Made by a program: the position numbers and the translations under genes. The notes beneath the pieces are model-generated. The model had not been told where the DNA came from. It was given only the letters and a program-made list of their open reading frames with translations, and did not search any database. A DNA stretch of 64,000 nt from an uncultured Acidobacteriota bacterium (GTDB lineage: Bacteria > Acidobacteriota > UBA6911): positions 189,016 through 253,015 of the forward strand of contig CAWJKZ010000009.1 of NCBI GenBank assembly GCA_963843575.1, in the 5' to 3' direction. This document shows positions 51,965 to 64,000 of the stretch, piece after piece (the first letter of the stretch is position 1; each line of letters begins with the position of its first letter).

Positions 51965-54631
51965 TTCGCGAAGACGGGTCCAGGTGTGTGCGGCCCTGCT
52001 GCTGGCAGGAGCGCTGCTGGGAAATTGCTCCGCGTTCCGGCCGTCGGCCTCCGAGCGCGCCGCCTCGGCCGCGTCCTCCCTCCGCAGTGGCGACTACGCC
52101 AAGGCGCGGGAAGGTTACGAGGCTCTCCTCGAGGCGGATCCTCGGACGGAAGAGAGCCGGGTCGGCCTGCTCGAGACGCTGCTGCAGACCGGCGCCTACC
52201 GCGAGGCCGCCCGGCGGGCCGACGCCTTCCTCGCCGCGCGCGAGGATTCCGCCGGGGTTCACCTGCAGCGCGCGCGCTCTGCCGTCGCGCTCGGCGACTA
52301 CGCCGGCGCCGAGAAGCACCTGCGCCGCGCCGAAGCCCTGGGCGGCGCGCCGCGGCTGGAGGCGCTGCGGGAGACCGCGGAGCTGTTCGAGACCCTGGGC
52401 CGGAGGGCCGAGGCCGCGAGCCCTCTGGGGACGGATTTCGGCGGAGTACGCCTCAGGCAGGGTGCGGGGAAGCCGGGCACTGCGTTCCGCCGCGGTCGCG
52501 GCCTGGCGTCGCGGAAACATCGAGGACGCCAAGGAGATCTTCCTGGACGCCACCGACCCGAAGGCCGGCGAGGTCGCGCCCGAAGCGCTGGCGGACTTCG
52601 GGTACCTGTTCCTCGACAAGTACAACTCCACGGAAGCGCTCTCCGTCTTCCGTGAATGCCTGGCCATCAACAAGTCCTATCCGCCGGCCCTGCTCGGCGT
52701 GGCCCTCGCCAGGAAGTTCGACGGCAGCGGCGACGTCGAGGCCTACGCGCGCCGCGTACTCGAGGTCAACCCGAACCTCACCGGCGCCATCGACCTGCTC
52801 GCCGAATTGAAGATCGAGGAAGAGGACTTCGGGGCGGCCCTCGAGCACCTGCGCCGGGCCGCTGCAGGTCAACCCGTCCGACCTGGAGAGCCTGATGCTC
52901 CAGGCCGTGCTGTGCTACATGCGCGGCGACGCCTCCGGCTACGCGGAGGCCGAGAAGACGGTCCTGTCGCTCAACCCCACCTGCGGCCGCCTGTACTACA
53001 CGATGGCCGAGAGCCTCGTCAGCCGCCGGAAGTACCAGGAGGCGGTCGACTTCAACCGCAAGGCGATCGCGCTCGAGCCGGAACTGTGGGCGGCGCACGC
53101 GAGCCTCGGAATGAACCTGATGCGGGTGGGCGACCTGGAGCAGGGGCGGCGGGAGATCGAGCGCGCCTTCGAAGGGGACCCGTTTAACATCTGGGCGTTC
53201 AACACCCTCGGCCTGCTGGACTCGATGGAGAAATTCTCCAGGCTCCAGAGCGAGCATTTCTCATTCCTCCTCGCGCAGGAGGACAAACCCGTTCTCGGCC
53301 CATACGCGCCCAAGCTGGCTGAGGAGGCCTACGCCAGCCTGACCCGGCGTTACCAGTTCACCCCCAGAGGGCCCCTGCAGGTCGAAATCTTCCCGGATCA
53401 CGGCGGCTTCGCCGTCCGCACCCTGGGTCTTCCGGGCCTCGGCGCCCTCGGGGTGTGTTTCGGCAAGGTCGTCGCGCTCGACTCTCCCCGGGCCCGGAAG
53501 CCGGGCGAATTCAACTGGGGCTCGACGCTCTGGCACGAGCTGGCCCACGTCATCTCGCTGCAGATGACCAACCACAACGTCCCTCGCTGGTACTCCGAGG
53601 GGATCTCGGTCTACGAGGAGCGCAAGGCGCGGCCGGGCTGGGGCGACGACCTCACCCCGCAGTTCGTGAAGGCGTACAAGGACGGGCGGCTGCTCAAGGT
53701 CAGCGAGCTCAACGCCGGCATGATGCGGCCGAAATTCCCCGAGCAGATCGGGTTGTCCTACTACCAGGCTTCCCTCGTGTGCGAGCTGATCGAGCAGAAA
53801 TTCGGGTTCGACAAGATCCGCCAGTCCCTCCTGCTCTTCGCCCAGGGCAAGCCGTCCGAGGAGGTGTTCCGCGAGGCGCTCGGCTGGGACCCGGCGACTC
53901 TGGACCGGGAATACGCCCAGTTCCTCGACGGCCGCCTGCGCGACGCCGCGAAACGCCTCGAATTCAAGGACGGCTCCGGGCCGCACGAGGGGCTTGCGGC
54001 GACGCCCGACAAGCTGGACAAACGGGCGCTCGAGGAGGCGCTGCGCAGGAACCCGGACGATTTTTTCGCCAACCTGCAGATGGGGGCGTCGCTGCGGCGC
54101 GAAAAGCGGGACCCGGAGGCCGAGCCCTATCTGAAAAAAGCCCAGCAGCTTTTTCCCGAGTACGCCGGCGCGGGCAGTCCCTACCAGCTCCTCGGCGAGA
54201 TGTACCTCGAGCAGAAGCGGGATCAGGAAGCGCTCTCGCAGTTCCTGGGCTGGGCGCGCTACGACGAGAATGCGGCGGCCCCGTTGCTGCGGGCCGCCGA
54301 AATCCTCGGCGGCCGCGGGAACTGGGCCGAAGCCGTGTCGGCGCTCGAGAGGGCGGTCTACATCGATCCGTACGACGCCAGGCTGCACACCCTCCTCGGG
54401 GAGGCGGCGGTGAAGTCGGGCAACTGGCCCGTCGCGGAGTCGGCCTACCTGGTGCTGCTCGGGCTGAACCCCTCGGATCCGGCCGGGGCGCACCTGAACC
54501 TGGCCCAGGCGCTCGTGGGTTCCGGCAAGAAGCAGGAGGCCAGGCGGGAGGTGCTGCGCGCCCTCGAGATCGCGCCCAGTTACACGAAAGCACAACAGCT
54601 GCTTCTGCAGCTGAGCGGGGGCAACCCATGA
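51942..54631 (+). CDS. TPR protein with peptidase MA-like HExxH domain (frameshifted)
   Basis: Multiple TPRs; WHELAH...PRWYSEG. Confidence 0.8.
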
Positions 54632-55419
54632 GAGTCGGCAACCGGTGGTGGACCCGGGCGGCCGGGTTCTGGGGCCGGCGGGGCGTCCTCGCCCGTTGTT
54701 GTCCGGGCGTGCTATTGGTCGGGCTTCTGGCAGCCGCGGCGCAGGAGCGGGACGCGCCGGCCCCCGAGGTCAGGAGCAAGTTCACCATGGCCCGGATCAA
54801 GTTCGGGACCGGCGATTTCGGGTGGATGCGCTTCGGCGGCCGCGGATCCGGACCGCCGTGGAGCCACGACACGCCGAGGTCCGAGCAGCACCTGATGAAG
54901 ATCATGTCCGAGGTCACGCGACTCGACGTGAATCCCGACGGTCACATCACCTCGTTCGACGACGAGGACTGCTTCCAATACCCGGTGGCCTACCTGTGCG
55001 AGGTCGGCTACCTCGAACTCTCCGACCAGGAGGCCCACAACATGAGCGAATACCTCCTGCGCGGCGGATTCCTGATCGTCGACGACTTCCGCGGCGAGCG
55101 CGAGCTGGACAACTTCAAGCAGCAGCTGAAGAAGGTTTTTCCCGACCGGTCCCTGGAGGAACTGCCGCGCACGCACCCGATTTTCAACTGCTTCTACGAC
55201 ATCTCGAACCTCTACCCGGCGCCGCCCTACGCCCAGTGGCTCATTCCGCAGTACCTGGGGATCAGCGACGACAAGGGGAGACTGATGATGGCCGTCGACT
55301 ACAACAACGACCTGAGCGAGTACTGGGAGTGGTCCGACAATCCTTTCATGCCCATCGAGGAGACCAACGAGTCCTACAAGTACGGGGTGAATTACCTGAT
55401 GTATGCCCTGACACACTAG
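54628..55419 (+). CDS. DUF4159 domain protein
   Basis: YLLRGGFLIVDDF and YGVNYLMYALTH; paralogue of 47771..48583. Confidence 0.85.
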   Translation: MRVGNRWWTRAAGFWGRRGVLARCCPGVLLVGLLAAAAQERDAPAPEVRSKFTMARIKFGTGDFGWMRFGGRGSGPPWSHDTPRSEQHLMKIMSEVTRLDVNPDGHITSFDDEDCFQYPVAYLCEVGYLELSDQEAHNMSEYLLRGGFLIVDDFRGERELDNFKQQLKKVFPDRSLEELPRTHPIFNCFYDISNLYPAPPYAQWLIPQYLGISDDKGRLMMAVDYNNDLSEYWEWSDNPFMPIEETNESYKYGVNYLMYALTH

Positions 55420-55447
55420 AACCGCACCGCGGGAAAGGAAGCGCAGA

Positions 55448-56471
<1,024 letters not shown>

Positions 56472-56483
56472 GGCGATGCGCTC

Positions 56484-57320
56484 ATGACCACCGTGCACCC
56501 GTCCATGCCGCAGCCGACGCGCTTCATCGACCCTGCGGCGCTGACCCGCATCTCGACGCTGGAGCTCGTGGCCCGGACGGTCGTCGAGGGATTCATTTCC
56601 GGGCTGCACCGTTCCCCGCACCTCGGCTTCAGCGTCAACTTTGCCGAGTACCGGCCGTACCGGCCCGGAGACGACATCCGGAAGATCGACTGGAAGGTAT
56701 TTCGGGCGGCTGGACCGTTACTTCGTCAAGGAGTACGAGGGAGAGACCAACACGAGCATCTCGCTCGTGCTCGACTGCAGCCGGTCGATGGCGTACCAGG
56801 GACAGGGGATCCAGAAGCTCGAGTACGGCCAGTTCCTGGCGGCCTCGCTCGGCTACTTCGCGTTCAAGCAGCGAGACAGCGTCGGGTTCGTCTCCTACGA
56901 CGAGCAGGTCCGGGAGTTCGTCCCGGCGCGCGGGAGCATCGGGCACCTCAACACGGTTCTGCACACCATCGAGCGCACCCAGCCCGGCGAGAGGACGAAC
57001 TTCGTCGGGCCGCTGGTGAGCGTGGCGGAACGGTTGCAGGCGCCGCGGCATCGTCGTGGTCATTTCGGACCTGTACGACGAGCCGGAGAACGTGATGAAC
57101 GGCCTGCGACATCTGGCCTACCGGGGCAACGACGTCATCGTGCTGCACGTGCTCGACCCCTCCGAGTTGCACTTCGATTTCGACCAGAGCGCACAGTTCG
57201 TGGACATGGAGACGAGGGCGGAGATGCACGTCATACCCGGAGTACATCCGGCAGGAGTACCGGCGGATCGTGCGCGACCAGGTCGACTATTTCGAGAAGG
57301 AGTGCCAGAAGGACAGGATG
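56484..57320 (+). pseudogene. DUF58 domain protein, frameshifted and lacking its C-terminus at the junction
   Basis: [25 protein letters not shown] and ISDL; coding signal ends abruptly near 57320. Confidence 0.75.
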
Positions 57321-57379
57321 TATCTGTGTTTCGGGCATTTGTGTTCCGGGTATTTGTTTTTCGGCATGACGAATTCAAA

Positions 57380-58137
57380 ATGAACGACCATCAACTGCTG
57401 CGCTATAGCCGCCATATCCTGCTGAACGAGATCGGCATCGAGGGGCAGCAACGCTTGCTGGACGCCAAAGTGCTGATCATCGGCATGGGCGGGCTGGGCT
57501 CGCCGGCCGCGCTGTACCTGGCCGCCAGCGGGGTGGGCCGGCTGACACTGTGCGACCACGACACGGTGGATTTCAGCAACCTGCAACGGCAGATCATCCA
57601 CCGCACTTCCACCGTGAACCAGCCCAAGGTCGCGTCTGCGCAAACCGCGCTGCACGACATCAATCCCGAGGTGGAATGCATCGCGCTGGATGTGCGCGCC
57701 GACGCGGCGCAATTGCATGAGCTGGTTGCAAACGCCGATGTGGTGCTGGATTGCAGCGACAATTTCGCCACCCGCTATGCGGTCAATCGTGCCTGCCTGG
57801 TCGGCGCAAACCGCTGGTGTCGGGCGCGGCGATACAGTTCGACGGGCAAATCTCCGTGTTCGATTTTCGCCGCGACGATACGGCCTGCTACAACTGCCTG
57901 TTCCCGGAGGACAGTGTGGCTGCAGAGTTGCGCTGTGCGACCACCGGTGTATTCGCGCCGCTGACGGGTATCATCGGCACCATGCAGGCGGCGGAAGCGC
58001 TCAAGTTGCTGATCGGCATAGCACGCGGCCTGAGCGGAAAGCTGCTGACCATCAACGCGCTGGACATGAGCGTCACGCGCAGCAACTTGAGCAAGGATCC
58101 GGCATGCAGTGCGTGCAGCAGTGTCATTCATCCTTAA
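57380..58137 (+). CDS. moeB: molybdopterin-synthase adenylyltransferase, MoeB/ThiF family (frameshift near 57805)
   Basis: RYSRHI, GMGGLG, SNLQRQ and CYNC...CSAC. Confidence 0.88.
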
Positions 58138-58147
58138 AAACTTAGTT

Positions 58148-58279
58148 AGCCACAGAGAACACAGAGATCACAGAGGAGAAACAAACGGTTATCACGAAAT
58201 TTCGATTCACCTTTTGGGTGAACAAGCAGAACATGAAAAAACCGTTTCTTTCTCTGTGTTCTCTGTGAACTCTGTGGCT
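58148..58279. repeat. CACAGAG short tandem / inverted repeat element
   Basis: GCCACAGAGAACACAGAGATCACAGAG ... CTCTGTGTTCTCTGTGAACTCTGTGGC; also at 60178-60240. Confidence 0.8.
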
Positions 58280-58333
58280 TGAATTAAGGTTTTTGGGTTC
58301 ATAAAATACAGGCATTATTTGGAAGGTGGGCAA

Positions 58334-58835
58334 ATGACCGGACTGACGCATTTTTCTGAAACGGGACGGGCGCGCATGGTGGATGTCTCGGACAAGCCCG
58401 GCACGCAGCGCGTCGCAGTCGCCAGCGGTGTGCTGCGCATGCGGCCTGAGACGCTGGCGCGGATACGCTCGCGGCGGCATCGCGAAGGGTGACGTGCTGA
58501 CCGTGGCCGATGTCGGGGCGGTGATGGCGGCGAAGCACACCGCCGACATCATTCCGATGTGCCATACCCTGGCGCTCGCCGGTGTGGAGGTGGTGTTCAG
58601 CGATATTCCGGAAACCGATGCCGGCGGGTGCGTGGGGCTTAAGGTGGTCACGACGACACGTTGTGCCGGACAGACCGGAGTCGAGATGGAAGCCCTGTGC
58701 GCCGCCAGTGTGGCGCTGCTCACCGTCTACGACATGTGCAAGGCGATCGACAGGGGGATGCGTATCGAGTACATCCAGCTGGAAGAGAAACGCGGCGGAA
58801 AGAGCGGTGTCTGGCAGCGTGCGACTAATGTGTAG
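58334..58835 (+). CDS. moaC: cyclic pyranopterin monophosphate synthase (frameshift near 58470)
   Basis: LTHF...[22 protein letters not shown] and YDMCKAID. Confidence 0.92.
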
Positions 58836-58906
58836 GAGCGGGACGTGCTCGAGTTTGTCGAAGCGGCCCGCGAACGGCAATATCGCGGGCATGGCCCGCT
58901 CCTACA
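58831..58906. repeat. GTAG-family REP doublet
   Basis: TGTAGGAGCGGG...CCCGCGA / TCGCGGGCATGGCCCGCTCCTACA. Confidence 0.7.
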
Positions 58907-58946
58907 TGATTCGGTTTTGTGGGTTCAATTCGGGAAGAGAGTTGGA

Positions 58947-59186
58947 ATGATAAGGGTATTGTTCTTCGGGCCGGTCGCGGAACACGTCGGCACAAGCGAG
59001 ATGTCAGTGGAATTCAGAGCCGGGATGCGTTTGCAGGATCTGCGCGCGCAATTGCAGAAGCTGCACCCGGCGGCTTTCGAGATCGTGTGTTTCGCGGCAG
59101 TGAACGGCGAGCATGTGCTGGACATGTCGTTGCCGCTGGCCGAGCGCAGCGAGGTGGTGTTCATGTCGAAATTTTCCGGCGGCTGA
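58947..59186 (+). CDS. moaD: molybdopterin synthase sulfur carrier
   Basis: MIRVLFFG start, AVNGE and C-terminal SGG. Confidence 0.88.
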   Translation: MIRVLFFGPVAEHVGTSEMSVEFRAGMRLQDLRAQLQKLHPAAFEIVCFAAVNGEHVLDMSLPLAERSEVVFMSKFSGG

Positions 59187-59224
59187 AATGACATGATGGA
59201 GTTGAAATGACAGGTGGACATGAA

Positions 59225-59649
59225 ATGAAGGATGCGGTGCGTATCCAGCAGCAGGATTTTTCCCAGGACGAGGAGATTTCTGCGCTGCGCGCCGGCTCGA
59301 AACGGATGGGCGGCATCGCCACGTTCATCGGTTGCGCGCGCGATTTTTCGGAAGGCCGCGAGGTGACGCGGATCAGTTTCGATGCCTACGGCAGCATGGC
59401 TGTCGCGGAGATGAACCGGTTGCGCGACGAGGCGATAGCGAAATTCGGGTTGCTGGACGCGCGCATCGTGCACCGCGTCGGCGTGGTCGGCGCGGGCGAG
59501 CAGATCGTGTTCATCGCGGCGGGTGCCGAACATCGCGCGCCGGCGTTGCAGGCCTGCCACTGGCTGATCGATGAACTGAAGCAGCGCGTGCCGATCTGGA
59601 AAAAGGAGATCACGCCGCAGGGCGATGCATGGGTGACACCCATCCATGA
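59225..59649 (+). CDS. moaE: molybdopterin synthase catalytic subunit (3' end probably indel-affected)
   Basis: GGIATFIG, HRVG, HR and PIWKKE. Confidence 0.9.
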
Positions 59650-59655
59650 GTGCCG

Positions 59656-60160
59656 ATGTCCAAAAATCCGCCGGTATTTATTTTTGTCGGCCACTCCGGC
59701 TCCGGCAAGACCACGCTGATCGAGAAGCTGTTGCGCGAACTGAGCGGCAGGGGGCTGCGCGTCGCGACGATCAAGCATGCGCATCACAAGGTGGTGCTGG
59801 ATACGCCCGGCAAGGACAGCTGGCGCTACAAGCAGGCGGGTGCGGTGATGAGCATGCTGGTCACGTCCAGCGAGTTGCAACTGGTTGCCGATGCGGTCGA
59901 CCGGCGCGAACCGGAACAACTGGCACAGCGTTTTCTGGGCGAGGCCGATCTGGTGCTGGCAGAGGGTTTTTCGCACGCTGCCGGCGTGAAGATCGAGGTG
60001 CTGCGCCGCGAATGTTCCGAGACTGCCGCGCTGTGTCGTCGAAGACGGGCTGATCGCGATGGTCACCGATGTCGGCGAGGCCCATCCGCAGTTGCCGCAT
60101 TTCGCGCTCGACGATATCAGCGGCATCGTCAACTTCATGTTAGAGCGGTCGGCAGGATGA
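59656..60160 (+). CDS. mobB: molybdopterin-guanine dinucleotide biosynthesis protein B (frameshift near 60020)
   Basis: GHSGSGKTT, IKHAHH and DTPGKDS. Confidence 0.9.
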
Positions 60161-60177
60161 TTCTGGAAAAAGAACAT

Positions 60178-60240
60178 GCCACAGAGAACACAGAGTTCAC
60201 AGAGAATATACCGTTTCGTGTTCTCTGTGAACTCTGTGGC
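60178..60240. repeat. CACAGAG inverted repeat element
   Basis: Same units as 58148-58279. Confidence 0.8.
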
Positions 60241-60256
60241 TGGTTAGGGGTTTAGT

Positions 60257-60864
60257 ATGATAGAAGACTGCACTGCGATCATCCTGGCGGGCGGAGATTC
60301 GCAGCGCATGGGCAGCGACAAGGCGAATCTGCTGCTGGGCGAACAGACACTGCTGCAGCGCGTGATCGCGACGATGCAGCAGGTATTTCCCCATGTCATC
60401 GTCAGCGTCCGCCAGCCGCGTCCCGAAATCGATCTGCCGCAAGTCTGCGACGAGCAGTCCGGGGGCGGCCCGCTGGCGGGACTGGCGGCCGGTCTGGGCC
60501 ATATCGCTACGCCGTGGGCTTTTGTGGTGGCCTGCGATATGCCTTTCGTCGAACCGGCGGATGATCTGCAGTCTGCTGGCGCGGACTCATCCGATAAAGG
60601 CCGGAGGGTTATCAGGCCGTCGTGCCTGTCGTGCAGGGCCATCCGCAACCGCTGGCGGCATTCTATGCGGGCAGTTGCCTGGGTACGCTGCGCGCGCATC
60701 TGGCGGGTGGCGGCAAAAACAGTTTGCGCGCCGTGCTCGAGCAGTTGCGGGTGCGTTATGTGGATGAGTCGGAGCTGTTGAAGGCGGATCCCGCGCTGCG
60801 CAGTTTCTTCGACCTGGATACGCCGCAGGATGTGGCAACCGCACGGGAAGATTTTGACGGATAG
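60257..60864 (+). CDS. mobA: molybdenum cofactor guanylyltransferase (frameshifted)
   Basis: ILAGGDSQRMGSDK, GPLAG, ACDMPF, PQPLAAFY and DLDTPQD. Confidence 0.88.
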
Positions 60865-61927
60865 GACCGCTCGGCGAGTAGGAAAACGTTTCTGCAAAGG
60901 TGGCGATAGCACCGGATTGTGTGCCGTCGTATCCGGGCAACGCGTTGACCGTGTCGCGGAACGCCGCGCTGTGCAGGATGTTGCGTGTGGATTTCAGCAG
61001 GCTTTGGTTCAGGGCGCCGGCTTTGCAGGCGAAAAGATAGTTTTCGCGCGCGATCGGAATGAAGTCCAGGTCGAAACGCCTGGCTGCGGTTTCCACGCCA
61101 AAGCCCACGTCGGCCATATTGCTTGCGACGTAAGCGGCCACGGCGGCGTGGGTAAATTCGGCGCTGTCGTAGTCGGCTATGTTCCGGGTGTTGATTTTTT
61201 CCTTGGCGAGCAGCAGTTCGAGCAATATCTTGGTGCCCGATCCGGTTTGCCGGTTGACGAAGCGCAGGTCTTTGCGCAGCAAATCCGCCAATCCCTGTAT
61301 GTTTTTCGGATTGCCTTTCGCGATGAACAGCCCCTGGGTTCGATACGCCAGATGGATCAGCGCATGTTGCTGCGGATCCAGCCATTTCAGGTAGGGCTTG
61401 CCGGCCTGTTTGAATTCGCCGACCGGCACATGGAATCCGGCCAGGTCGCATTCGTTGTGCGACAGGGCCGCGACCGCTTCGAGGCTGCTGCGGTAATTGA
61501 TTTCGACGGGAACGTTGTCTGCGTTGAGTTGTTTGATCAGCGCATCGACGGCAAAGCCGTGGGATGCGGTGATGCGCAATGCGGCCGATTCGCTGGTCAG
61601 GATGGACTCGAGTTCGGAGGCGAAACTTTCCAGTATCGGCGTCAGGCGCGCGGTGGTGCGCTTGTCGGCCCAGATCAGTTTTTCTGCCAACGGCGTCAGC
61701 GACGTCCCTTTGCCCCTGGATTTCTGCAATAGCGGCGCGGAAAACTCGAGTTCGAATTCGCGCAATATGCCCCATGCGTGCCGATAGGAAAGATTTGCGC
61801 TGGCTGCCGCGCTGCTGATGCTGCCCTGATCGCGAATGGCGGTGAGCAATTGCAGCAGCAACGGCAGGGAGACCGCGCTTCCTTTGCGCTTTTTCAGGCT
61901 CCATTCCGGATGGATTTCAAAACTCAT
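60587..61927 (-). CDS. FdsR-like regulator (ModE/LysR-type HTH + periplasmic-binding-protein-like domain); true 3' end probably near 60860
   Basis: GSISSAAASANLSYRHAWG HTH; FVNRQTGSGT and AEFTHAAVAAYVAS; divergent from fdsG. Confidence 0.82.
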   Translation of the reverse strand: MSFEIHPEWSLKKRKGSAVSLPLLLQLLTAIRDQGSISSAAASANLSYRHAWGILREFELEFSAPLLQKSRGKGTSLTPLAEKLIWADKRTTARLTPILESFASELESILTSESAALRITASHGFAVDALIKQLNADNVPVEINYRSSLEAVAALSHNECDLAGFHVPVGEFKQAGKPYLKWLDPQQHALIHLAYRTQGLFIAKGNPKNIQGLADLLRKDLRFVNRQTGSGTKILLELLLAKEKINTRNIADYDSAEFTHAAVAAYVASNMADVGFGVETAARRFDLDFIPIARENYLFACKAGALNQSLLKSTRNILHSAAFRDTVNALPGYDGTQSGAIATFAETFSYSPSGPIRQNLPVRLPHPAAYPGRRNCAARDPPSTAPTHPHNAPATARARRANCFCRHPPDARAAYPGNCPHRMPPAVADGPARQARRPDNPPAFIG

Positions 61928-62034
61928 ATATGCAATATATAACCTATTGAGGGTGTAAGGCGGTGTGTTACCTTTTGTCCGAACAAATAGCCGATAACAA
62001 TTATAAGGTGTATTTATGTTCAAGTATTGCATAT
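61928..62034. promoter_or_regulatory. AT-rich divergent control region with putative FdsR operator(s)
   Basis: ATATG-N10-CCTAT at 61928-61947; inverted ATATGCAATA / TATTGCATAT at the two ends of the spacer. Confidence 0.55.
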
Positions 62035-62051
62035 TTAGCCAGGCTGTCCGG

Positions 62052-62522
62052 ATGCGAAGGCAGACGCAGAATGAGATCCGGCCCGTCAATCTGAGCAGAT
62101 CGCTTCCATCCTTGCCGCACAACAAGGCCGCCCCGGCGCATTATTGCCTATTTTGCACGATATCCAGGATGCATTCGGATATATCCCTCCCGATTCGGTC
62201 GCGCAGATCGCCTCAGCGTTGAATCTGTCGCGCGCCGAAGTGCATGGCGTGATCACTTTCTACCACCATTTCCGCACCACTCCGCCGGCCCGGCACACGA
62301 TACAGATTTGCTGTGCCGAGGCATGCCAGAGCATGGGCGCTGAGCGATTGGTCGAGCATGCCGAGAAAAAGGTGGCAGGCCGCAAGCCGGAGCGATTGCG
62401 AATTGCAGCCGGTGTATTGCCTGGGACTGTGCGCGACATCGCCGGCGATGATGATAGGCGAGGAATTGCACGCGCGCGTCACCCCGGAAAAATTCGACCG
62501 CCTTGTGAATAATATTGGGTAA
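62052..62522 (+). CDS. fdsG: NAD-dependent formate dehydrogenase gamma subunit (frameshifted; start uncertain)
   Basis: [40 protein letters not shown] and YCLGLCA. Confidence 0.85.
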
Positions 62523-62555
62523 CAATATTGGGCTCAACAAGACCGGAGGCGGGTC

Positions 62556-64000
62556 ATGAGCACCCGGATCTTCGTGCCGCGGGATTCTGCAGCGCTGGCG
62601 CTCGGCGCCGACGATGTGGCACAGGCGATTCGCAACGAGGCGACGCGGCGCAGTCGACGTGCACCCTGGTGCGCAATGGCTCGCGCGGGATGCTGTGGCT
62701 GGAGCCGCTGATCGAGGTGCAGACCGAACAGGGGCGCGTCGCGTACGGGCCGGTCAGCCCCGATGATGTGGCCGCGCTGTTTGATGCAAATTTCCACAAC
62801 GGCGGGAAACATGCGCTGGGTCTGGGTCCGACCGAAGCGCTGGCGTACCTGAAAAAGCAGGAGCGGCTGACCTTTGCGCGCGTCGGTATTACCGACCCGC
62901 TGTCGCTGGACGATTATCTCGCCCTCGACGGCTTCAGGGGATTGCGCAACGCGCTGGACATGCAGGCCGCGGCCATCGTGCAGCAGGTCACCGATTCGGG
63001 GCTGCGCGGACGCGGCGGCGCGGCATTCCCGACCGGAATCAAATGGAAGACGGTGCTGAATACGCCGGCACCGCAGAAATATATCGTGTGCAACGCCGAT
63101 GAGGGCGACTCGGGAACTTTCTCCGACCGCATGCTGATGGAAGGCGATCCCCTGCTGCTGGTCGAGGGCATGACCATCGCCGCGCTCGCGGTTGGGGCGA
63201 CGCAGGGTTATATCTACGTGCGCAGCGAATATCCGCATTCGATCCCGATTCTTGAAGAGGCGATCAGGTGGCGCGCAAGGCCGGCTACCTCGGCACAAAT
63301 ATCCTGAATTCGGGCAGGCGTTTCGAGCTGGAAGTACGCAAGGCTGCCGGCTCCTACGTGTGCGGGGAGGAGACCGCGCTGCTGGAAAGTCTGGAAGGCA
63401 AGCGCGGCATCGTGCGCGCGAAACCGCCGCTGCCCGCGATCAGCGGACTGTTCGGCAAGCCCACCGTGATCAACAACGTGATCTCGCTGGCCAGCGTGCC
63501 GGTCATCATGGACAAGGGCGCGGCGTATTACAGGGATTATGGCATGGGGCGTTCGAGCGGCACGCTGCCGTTCCAGCTGGCGGGCAACATCAAACGCGGC
63601 GGGCTGGTCGAAAAGGCGTTCGGCCTGACCTTGCGCGAACTGCTGTACGACTTCGGCGGCGGCTCGGCATCGGGCCGGCCTATCAAGGCGGTGCAGGTCG
63701 GCGGGCCGCTGGGCGCGTACCTGCCCGAGTCGCAGTGGGACACGCCGCTGGATTACGAGGCCTACACCGCATTGTGGGCGGTGCTCGGCCACGGCGGCAT
63801 CGTCGTTCACGACGACCGCGCGGACATGGCGAAACTGGCGCGCTATGCGATGAAATTCTGCGCGATCGAGTCGTGCGGCAAATGCACGCCGTGCCGGATC
63901 GGTGCGACGCGCGGCGTGGAGGTGATGGACAGGATCATCGCAAACCGGTGCCGGACAGGACGGCCGGGCCAGGTCGCGTTGCCTGCGCGACCTGTGCGAC
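62556..64000 (+). CDS. fdsB: NAD-dependent formate dehydrogenase beta subunit (NuoF-like; frameshifted, runs off the window)
   Basis: RNGSRGMLWLEPL, SGLRGRGGAAFPTGIKW, CNADEGDSGTF, YVCGEETAL and ESCGKCTPCR. Confidence 0.9.

Overview
Positions 1 to ~57,320 look like a high-GC Acidobacteriota-like genome segment. It carries a PfkB kinase/SSS transporter, a Tat dipeptidase, a Dpp-type ABC transporter, scpAB-rluB-ribE, ribBA, mpl, flotillin/NfeD, AAA+VWA, tldD/pmbA and a DUF4159-VWA-MoxR-DUF58 cluster. At ~57,320 a DUF58 gene stops abruptly and the sequence switches to a betaproteobacterial-looking molybdenum cofactor/formate dehydrogenase block (moeB, moaCDE, mobB, mobA, fdsR-like, fdsG, fdsB) with different repeat families, so this is a probable chimeric join or HGT. 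Many single-base frameshifts suggest unpolished long-read sequence. The main find is a lower-GC island (~11.4-20.5 kb) preceded by IS1182 and IS1595 elements. It holds a tandem array of five micro-ORFs that the ORF track misses, each with an RBS-like motif: 2x MSHPGAILWL, 2x MQTEIEILESRENPSVLWL and 1x MQTDIELLEMRESPSVLWL. Duplicate copies differ only at synonymous sites. The array sits on the same strand between a PqqD/RRE-like-M50 protease-HlyD fusion and a membrane HD-GYP-GAF-GGDEF protein, which converges on a giant kinase-ATPase-TPR-GAF-sigma54 activator. This is a candidate undescribed peptide-signalling (quorum-sensing or RiPP-like) system.
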